Source: Eledone cirrhosa (Eukaryota). Taken from it: a stretch of DNA of 64,000 nt. How positions within the stretch are numbered: position 1 is the stretch's first letter; every line of letters begins with the position of its first letter. Under the pieces are notes generated by a model. The model was not told the origin of the DNA and did no database searches. It saw only the letters and a program-made list of their open reading frames with translations. A program made the position numbers and the translations under genes. The stretch lies in the NCBI GenBank assembly GCA_964016885.1, contig OZ024745.1, positions 110,918,001-110,982,000 on the forward strand, in the 5' to 3' direction. Positions 55,577-64,000 of the stretch are shown piece by piece.

Positions 55577-55719
55577 ACAGACACACATGTACACATACAC
55601 AGAGACCTCAATTATCCAAACAAGTCAGATAACCGATCTGGTCATAATTATATAAGAACTATATACAGGAAGCCATATGAAACACATTGTAGTGGAACCT
55701 AATCAAATACATATGACTT

Positions 55720-58200
55720 TATTCAATATTGAAGCACCTCATCAATTGCTGTTTAAAACAGAATATACTTGGGTTAATGACTGAGAAAAAGATGCCTAGC
55801 TTTATGAAAGAAATGCTTCATATGGTAGTGTTAGACTCTACATGTACTCAAACAATTTGGCTGAAAAATTTGTTTAGAAGGGATTCTAGGTACACTGAGT
55901 GATAGTGATAAAGATTTGATTAAGATTAGTAAATCTGGCAAGTGTTTCTGCTTTGGTAATAAAGTAGCAGTAAAATCTTGTAAAGTGGTCAAGTTCCGTA
56001 ATACTATAGGAGGTGTTAGAGCTTGTATTGAAACAAACATTGTGAAAAATTACTTACTTCTGCTCCTAAGCCATAAATCATTGAAAACTGCTGAAATGGT
56101 GCTACTCTTTATCTCTTAGTATCTTAGAGTGATTTAGCAAAAACATCTAAAACTGGTTTATTAATCTAAATATTTATAGTATCTTTACTAGAGGACAGGT
56201 CGCTGTGAAAATTTGCAGAATTAGATTAAATAAAGTAAAGACTAATTTTAATGTGATGCAGTCATAGTGTTGTTTTGTAGTTTTCAAGAATATCTTGCTA
56301 ATGTGGTTTCATGTGGTACAGGAAGTCAATAGTTAGAAATGATTGAGGTTGGATATTAGATAGATCTGTAAAACTTGCGATCATCTAACTTGTACGCTAT
56401 TTGTTAGAATATTGCAATATTCAAAATAGTGTGTTATATGTGAAAACTCTAAATTAGTGTTCTAAAAAAGAGAAGAGAAAGAAGACTGAAAATTTCCACC
56501 AAAAGTTTGGCTTGTGCTTCAAAGGAAAAGAATTGTGGTATCAGTTTGTATGAGCAAAACCTTAAATGATGATAAATCCTTAGAACAATTTTAGAAATAT
56601 GTGACTCTTGTCAAGTTGGCCCCAAATTTAGAAGACCTCCACTGCAACTTGTGGTGAGATTAACTCTTGGGAATAGATTCAGTGACACTGTTTGGCTTTC
56701 GTATTGTATTGATATCACAATTAGATATTTTGCTATCAGCTAAAAGAAGAAAAAATTAGATGAGATCATAAAAGATTTTTTTTCATATAGATATCTTATT
56801 TTGGAACTCCTGGTTGTTTTTAAAGTGACAATGGTGGTAAGTTTAGCAATGATTAGTTCCAACAGATGAAAACTAAACATTGACTTTTGTTCTACTGCCA
56901 GAGAAAGTCTTTTAAGTAATGGCATTAATTGAACGCCACAACTTGTTAGTAGCTGAAGCAATGCAGAAAACATTAGATGAGAAGTCAGAGCTGGATACAG
57001 CCCTAACATTGACTGTCTGTGCTAACAATTCACTTCAATCACTCAGGATGTAATCCAACTGGAATAGTATTTACTTCCAATGTTAACACACTCTCAATTC
57101 TCAATGACCAGTTACTTGCTCTGGAATAAACGGCAACTAGTGGCATGGTTAGTTTAATTTTAAGAAGTTTCATGGAAACTGAGTCTAATGAAAGAATCAA
57201 GAGAACAAAGAAGTTTAATGCGATGAATTTTGTTGTTAGTGAGCAGATCTAGATGACAGATCTTCAAATGGTGGTATTGTTGCTAATGACCAGATCTCTT
57301 ATAGAATGCAAAACTTCAAATGATAGCATGATCCTGCTAAAGTAGTGGGCAGAGGAGATTAGTTTGTATTAATTAGGTATGAAGGAGCATTCTATGAGAT
57401 GCATCCATGTCAACTGGAGAAAGTAGTTGTGAATAGATAATCTAAAAGAAGTGTAGAAGATATAATTGTAATAAATAGAATGTATGAAGATTTATCAAGT
57501 GAGAAAAGTGAAGCCTTGGATAAGGAAGTTGTTGGAGAGAATGAAAATAAGCAATGAAGAAGTTAAAAGACAGAACTGAAAAATCAGGTAGAAATAAAAT
57601 GGTAAATAGATGTAAAAAAAAAGGAAAAACATCATCTCTAGAACAGTCTTTAAAACAGCTAAAGGCTGTCAAAGACAGTGATGGACAAAAATGCACAGAA
57701 ACCAGAGGCCAGTGGTCGAGAGAGAGATAATCCACAAGGTGGGGGCTAGGTAGATGAAATATAGAAAAGGGTGAGGTATAAAATGAATGGAGATGGAGAG
57801 TGGAAAAGAGGAAAAAGTACAAACACATAGCCAAAGTCAAAAGGAAAGTATAGTCATTGGGTGGGTATAATACTCTGTTAACTGGAATTGTGTGGATCAA
57901 TGGAGAGAAGTAACTCAAGAAATTATTGAAGTAAATTATCAGAAGCATGCTGGTTTACTAACTACTTGGCCAGGACAAGTAAAAGAAGTATTAGCATAAT
58001 GAAACACAAAATAAGAAGAATCTGGATGTATACAAAGGTGTGCTCTAGGCTGGTCAGTAAACTGTATCAATGAGATAGATGGTTACTGAAAACTTCAAAG
58101 ATAATAATAAGAAGAAGGTAAATGAAAGCTTATCTCAAGGAAGATTCAGGTGAAATAAAGATAGGCTCTCTAATATGCAGAACTGGGTTCAAGTTAAAAA
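55720..58200 (+). mobile_element. Decayed Ty1/copia-type retrotransposon pol relic (protease-integrase-RT order)
   Basis: Manual translation with stops and frameshifts. PR: VVLDSTCTQT (55822) and FCFGNK..IGGVRACIETNIV..LLLLLSHKSLK. IN: KFHQKFG..ICDSCQV..KFRRPP, CIDITIRY, ISYFGTPG, SDNGGKFSN (56824), STARESLLSNGI, SFMETESNERIKR. RT start: DVYKGV..GQ*TVSMR*MVTE (~58020-58100). Confidence 0.7.
57230..57960 (-). mobile_element. Probable degraded LINE (CR1/L2-like) 3' fragment inserted in the copia relic
   Basis: A purine-rich block that interrupts the IN-RT colinearity. The antisense translation has only a loose HSLQQL..FY resemblance to LINE ORF2 C-termini. Confidence 0.3.
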
Positions 58201-59539
58201 TATACATTTAGTTGCATAGTGCTAGTAAAGAACATATTTATAAAAGAAATACCCTTTGATAGACAAGGATAAGGATGATAAACATTGTAGTGATGACATC
58301 TGTAAAAGACACATGCCATATAAAGTTTAAAAAACAAACAAACCATAAGACTAATATATGCTAAAAGAAGAAACCCTTAAAAAGAACAAAAAACATAAAT
58401 AAAGGTGAAAGATGGGATTATGCTGTATGTAATGATATACATTTTCATATGCTCCAATGTAGATATAAACACACATCTCTATGTATGTACTTCCAAATGT
58501 GTGTGTATATACACACATACACACACATACATATGTATGTATATATGTATGTGTGTGTATATATATATGTGTGTATGTGTATATATGTGTATGCGTGTGT
58601 ATGTTTGTGTGTATGAATGCATGTGTGTATGTATGTATTTATGTATGTGTGTATGTATGTATGTATGTATGTATGTTCTTCTGGTTTTATAATTTCACAA
58701 ATTTTTACCAGTAGAGAGAGAGTCGGTTTCTAACATAGACACAAGAGTCTCTCATTGGGAGTTACACAGCATCAACTAGGTAGATTATGTCTGCATGTCT
58801 GCATGCATGCATGCATGTGCAGGTATGGATGTTATTGTATGTGTAGATGTGTATGTTTTGAGTTATATGTGTGCATGTGGATATGCTTTGTATCTATACA
58901 AGTGTATATGCAGTTATTAGATGAAAAATTTTTGGCATGTTTTACATATTTTTATGTATATATGTATTTATGTATGTATGTATATGTGTGTTGAGCGTGT
59001 GTGAGTGTGTGTTTGTGTATGTATATGTGCGTTTGTGTGTGTGTGTGTGTAAAGAAAAGAATTAATGTTTCTCTCTGCTGAAATGATATTAGATATTATA
59101 AGCACCTGTCCTACCCATGCTAGCATGAAAGATGGACATTAAACGATGGTGATGATGAATTTGAGACAGTAAACCGCAACAAACCTAGTGATGTCACTTA
59201 AGCTATGTACTTATTACTTTGTATTTCAGATCCCATCTTTATTAATTAGGTAGCTAGAGACTGTTGTGCTGTAGAATGTTGCAAAGTGGATTATCTTGAT
59301 TAATCAATGAAAAAATGGTTCTGTGCGAACAGAGACAGAAAATGCTGAGTAAAAATTGGCAGAAATCGGAAAATGCTAAAAAGTGTATGTTGATCATAGA
59401 TGTAGGTAAAGATGTCAACTTGTAGATGTTGTAGGCACAGACATAGCTGTGTAGTTAAGGAGTTTGCTTCACAACCAGCTTGTATTGGATTTGTCCTGCT
59501 GAATGGTATATTGAGTAAGTGTCTTCTTCTATAGCTTAT

Positions 59540-60111
59540 GGTGGCTGCCAACTCGTTTTCGAGTATGGCCACTACTTTATATCCATGTAGGAGAACCCCT
59601 ACTGATGCGCTGAATGAGTGTGACTTTTTAGTCCAGCCAGCGACTTGAAAACTCTGGTACAAACACTACACTTGTGACAATTATTGACACATAGTGCTGG
59701 GCCCATGGTACCATGTGATGACAAGTGCAGAGAGATCTCCAGATATAAAGCAATGCCTGTGCCGTGAAGCTTTTATAGTGAGCAAAGGCACTGCACAAAG
59801 CCAGTCCCACTCTCTTAACCAAGATGATATTTACCAAAAAGAAGAACAAGTCAACATCATTGGATACCATCAGGGTTGCAGGTGTTATATCAGAGTTTTC
59901 CTTCTTCTAGAATTCTGCCTTGACAAAGGCTAAGGGGTCATCTCTCCCGGTGATTTTGGATGGCCATTGACTCTTAAGAGCTCCTTTACCCTTTGACAGG
60001 TTTTGTTTTTAGTCCTGCAGGATGTCCAAACTCACCTTCCTCACCAAGAAACCTGGGACAGGTTGTACTGGAATACATGATACCAGTAGCACCAACTGGT
60101 GACCTGACAGC

Positions 60112-60112
<1 letters not shown>
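59540..60112 (-). mobile_element. Probable retroposon 5'-region fragment (RTE-like)
   Basis: A GC-richer block containing agagttttccttcttctagaattctgccttgacaaaggct, which resembles antisense RTE 5' regions. Not verified. Confidence 0.3.
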
Positions 60113-60154
<42 letters not shown>

Positions 60155-60163
60155 GTATATATC

Positions 60164-60244
<81 letters not shown>

Positions 60245-60260
60245 GTTTATATATATATAT

Positions 60261-60394
60261 AGTGCAAATTTGGACGGGAACAAAACAGAGAGGCAGACAA
60301 ATATATATAATATATATATACATATACATATATATATATATATATTATATATATTTGTCTGCCTTTCTGTTTTGTTCCCGTCCAAATTTGCACT
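60261..60394. repeat. Inverted repeat: 40-bp unique arms around a TA spacer, embedded in (TA)n
   Basis: agtgcaaatttggacgggaacaaaacagagaggcagacaa versus ttgtctgcctttctgttttgttcccgtccaaatttgcact (1 mismatch). Confidence 0.9.
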
Positions 60395-60423
60395 ATATAT
60401 ATAAACATATATATATATATATA

Positions 60424-60843
60424 TCATCATCATCATCATCATCACCGTTTTATGTCCGTTCTTCCACACTACCATGGGTTAGACGGGTTGTCCTGTTGTA
60501 GGCAGTGTCCAGTCGGATTCTGGGTTGATTTCTACAGCTGGATGCTCTTCCTAACACCAACCTCATTTACAGTGAGTGCTGGGTGCTTTTTTTTCCATGG
60601 CGCTTACACATCCACTTTACAGTGTGGGCTGGGTGCTTTTTTGCCGTGGCACCTCCACGACCACTTTGGAGTGGAATCATAGGGACCCCAGTCCTATCAT
60701 CTCATTTCTACAGCTGAGTAAACTGGAGCAATGTGAAATAAAGTCTCTTGTTCAAGGAAACAACACATCACCCGATTCTAGAATTGAAGTCACAACCTTT
60801 CGATTGCAAGCCCAATGCTCTAACCACTAAGTCATGTGCCCTC
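60424..60843 (-). mobile_element. tRNA-derived SINE (same family as 1084-1427)
   Basis: Near-identical to 1084-1427, with an internal duplication of the tttacagtg..gctgggtgcttttt segment. Confidence 0.9.
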
Positions 60844-60978
60844 ATATATATATATATATACATATATATATACATACATATATATATATATGTAAAAGGT
60901 AAACAGAAATAACAACACAATCAGTACAGTATATGGAAGGAATATATTAGGTTAATGCTTGAAATAGCAGGAAGAGGG

Positions 60979-61013
60979 TTTTAACGTTTCGGACGCTAGT
61001 CCTTCATCAGAAG
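60979..61013 (-). ncRNA. Minimal hammerhead ribozyme motif within (TA)n-flanked element 60893-61050
   Basis: Minus strand: ctt CTGATGA a ggac-tagc-gtcc GAAA cgt t aaaa, with a palindromic ACGT stem III. The related copy at 61918-62040 shows full stem I gtctt/aagac. Confidence 0.75.
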
Positions 61014-61069
61014 AAAGAATGAAAAATAAGATAGATTGAGGGGCCGGACATATATATACATACATGCAC

Positions 61070-61100
<31 letters not shown>

Positions 61101-61318
61101 AATATGAGTGTGTATGTGTCATGTTCAATTGGGGGTAACCACAGTAAGTAAGGTACTCAATACATAGAGTAGGGTATATACAATATATAATATTATATAT
61201 TGTATATACACATATTATATATATGTATATATATATATATATATGTGTGTCTATAAAAAAACCAGTAGGTCGAGCACTCAGTATATAGAGCACTCAGTTC
61301 ACAAGAAGAGTTTGGTAG

Positions 61319-61469
61319 AAAGTTAGTTCCACAACAAATTTAGCAAACCATACTCAAGGATCCATGTTTCACCCAACAGAAAATAGATTCTCAATTCAAG
61401 TTGAGAATCTTTTGGGTGAAATGTGCGTCCTTGAGTAGGGTTTGCTAAATTTTTGTGGAAATTAACTTT
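61319..61469. mobile_element. Hairpin (foldback) MITE-like element
   Basis: ttccacaacaaatttagcaaaccatactcaagga..tttcacccaa..agattctcaa / ttgagaatct..ttgggtgaaa..tccttgagtagggtttgctaaatttttgtggaa. Confidence 0.7.
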
Positions 61470-61917
61470 TTAAACTGCCATGCTTAAATCTTATAATGGA
61501 TGTCAACCCACTGTGCATCGATATATACATATGTTTCTGTATGTCTCTTGTGTTGGAAAGGAGGTCAAGTATGTAAACAATCATTGAAAAATTGCTCCGA
61601 AGACTCCAAACCTCGGTTTGGAAGAAACAATTGTAAGCGAATAAATGATTTGAACAGAACTTTCATTCATGTAATTTCTATATAACTGCTCTGTAGAACA
61701 ACTGATGTTATTACATTGAGCTATTTATCTTACTGGTAATAAGGTAGTAATAAATTACTGTCTTTCACTGTTTAAGGTTTAAAATATATATAACTATAAA
61801 AGGTTTTAGTATATACATAACCATAAATAGTATCCTTAATACTATACATATATATATATATTTATATTTATATATATACATGTATGTATGTTTATATGTA
61901 TGTGTGTATATGTGCTA

Positions 61918-62040
61918 TAAGGAAACAGAAATAACAAAGCAAACAACACAGTACAATGAAGAAATATATTAGTTTAATACTTGATATAAAAGGAAAAGAG
62001 TCTTAATGTTTCAGACACTTGTCCTCCTTCATAAGAAGAC
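61918..62040 (-). mobile_element. Degenerate copy of the hammerhead-bearing element
   Basis: Minus strand: gtctt CTTATGA aggaggacaagtgtct GAAA cat t aagac, followed by a tail homologous to 60893-60978. Confidence 0.6.
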
Positions 62041-62844
62041 AGAATGAGAGATAAAAGATGAAATAGAAAGATAAAGAATGAGAAGATGAAGTGAGAAGAG
62101 AAGAAAACCTTTTCAGAAAAAACACGTGTATCCAGTCAGCCATTTGTGTGTGTTTGTGTATGCCTGTGTTTAGATTTGTGTCTCACTCTGTTTATGTCAT
62201 GTAACTTTCAAGAAAACAGGGATTGCTGAAGTAAGTACCAGACTTGAAAAAGTAAGTTCTGGGGTTGATATGATCAACTAAATCAAGATAGTGTCTCAGT
62301 ATGGACGGAGTCTATTGACCAAAACAAATAAAATAATAAAAGCATAGTAGATATAGTTCAGAACACTAAATACTTTGCGTTCTGTGTCAGCAATGTTGGT
62401 ATGGAGAAGTGGAAGAACCAAGAAGAGTTGTGAATATTGAAATTATCTAGAATGATGATGCCAGAAAGAGGAGAGTTAAGATAGATGTATTCAAGGAAGA
62501 GAAAGAATCAAAGATCTGCTTCAAGGAAAGCAGTGGATATAGCAGATGGACTTCAGAAAAGTGAAAGGAAAAAGACTTTACAATTAAGTAACTGAAAAGT
62601 CTTTTTTGCTCACATCCATGTGAGAGAGGTGAGTGATGTTAGCTAAATGTAATTACCATAAAAAGAAAGAATTTAGATGATAGAAATTAATTTGGATAGA
62701 AGAAATAGAGGATGAGAAATAAGCAGGAAGAGAGAGAGAAAGAGATAAAGAGAGAGACGGACGCAGCCGAGACTGAATAAAGAGGAAAAGATTTGAATTG
62801 CTTCAAGTACATCACCCCTCTACCAGATCATGAGGTTAAATAAT

Positions 62845-63011
62845 TGTTTCTACTTTTGGCACAAGACCAGCAATTATCCCAGTGCATTACTGGTATATTA
62901 TTTTATCAACCTCCGTAAGGATGAAAGGCAAAGTTAACCTCAGCGAGATTTGAACCCAGATCTATGTTTCAAAGCATGGCGTCCGACCCTCTACCAATAC
63001 TGCCAATCCAC
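62845..63011 (-). mobile_element. tRNA-derived SINE (7371 family) with 16-bp TSD
   Basis: Reverse complement of the 19358/54620 copies. TSD catgaggttaaataat at 62829-62844 and 63012-63027. Confidence 0.9.
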
Positions 63012-63367
63012 CATGAGGTTAAATAATGGAGGTAGCATTGTGTACATAAACACACAAGCATATAACCACACATACACATACAGAAATATATATACACATC
63101 AAGCATCATCATTGATAGAAGATAGCAGGAGTTTTGTTTGAAGTGGGAGGCCTCCTCGAAGAAGAGTCCCTGTTCGGAGAGGAAAACCCTGTTGCCCTGT
63201 TTGATGAGGGAGAGACTGGTCTTTCTGCCATGCACTGTAGCAATCAGTTGTACCATAGTTTATTTGTATTTAGTGTTAAATTACTGAAGATATTTATGCT
63301 GCACTTTCGTTGCTTCAAATTTTCTTCCTTTCTGTTTATTTTCACACTTAAACATATTACCTTTAAT

Positions 63368-64000
63368 ATGGCATTTGTCGACCTTGAGAAAGCCTTTGAC
63401 AGAGTTCCACGTGCAGTAATCTGGTGGGCTCTTAGAAAACTAGGAGTAGATGAATGGCTTGTGAAAGCGGTACAAGCCATGTATAGGGGAGCAGTCAGCA
63501 AAGTTAGGATTGGCAATGAGTATAGCGAGGAATTTAGCGTACAGGTTGGGGTCCACCAGGGCTCTGTTCTTAGCCCTCTCCTGTTCATCATAGTCCTGCA
63601 GGCAATAACGGAGGAGTTTAAGACCGGATGCCCATGGGAACTCCTGTATGCTGATGACCTCGCACTCATAGCTGAATCTATGGTAGAACTAGAGAATAAA
63701 TTCCAAACCTGGAAGCAGGGACTAGAGAGAAAGGGCCTCAAAGTCAACATGACAAAGACTAAGGTCCTTATAATTAGACGAGAAAACAGAACCCAGATCC
63801 CCTCAGGGAAATGGCCTTGCTCAGTATGTAGGAAAGGTGTAGGTAGGAACTCCATTCTCTGCCCCAAATGCAAACAATGGGTACACAAGAGATGTAGCGG
63901 GATCTCAGGAAGCTTAATTAAGAATGTAGGATTCACATGCAGCAGCTGTGCTGAAACAGCAAGCAAACAGCCACAGGAAACAAGTACCACCAATCTCTGG
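63368..64000 (+). mobile_element. 5'-truncated RTE-clade LINE: reverse transcriptase followed by a PHD finger; runs off the window end
   Basis: Open frame from ATG 63368: MAFVDLEKAFDRVPR..GVHQGSVLSPLLFIIV..ELLYADDLALIAES..GLKVNMTKTK..WPCSVCRKGVGRNSILCPKCKQWVHKRCSGISGSLIKNVGFTCSSC. Confidence 0.93.

Noticed and set aside
63244-63993. 249-aa minus-strand ORF
   Set aside because: Antisense shadow of the + strand RT frame.

Overview
AT-rich eukaryotic (metazoan) DNA packed with (TA)n/(TG)n microsatellites. The repeat content suggests an octopod cephalopod (inference). The only host gene is a basonuclin/disconnected-family C2H2 zinc-finger gene on the + strand. Only its 2.85-kb terminal coding exon is visible (23089-25941, three zinc-finger pairs). 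I found no upstream exon, so 1-23088 is probably one long intron. The rest is repeats: two or three tRNA-derived SINE families, piggyBac-, hAT- and Tc1/mariner-type MITEs (some nested), a decayed Ty1/copia-type PR-IN-RT relic, and an RTE LINE fragment carrying a PHD finger. The most notable signal is a set of short non-coding inserts sitting in (TA)n tracts. They carry minimal type-I hammerhead ribozyme motifs, often have an inverted 5' arm (up to a 450-bp near-perfect palindrome), and end in an unpaired 70-100 nt tail. This is the architecture of Penelope-like retroelement pseudo-LTRs. Most ORFs in the supplied track are microsatellite artefacts.
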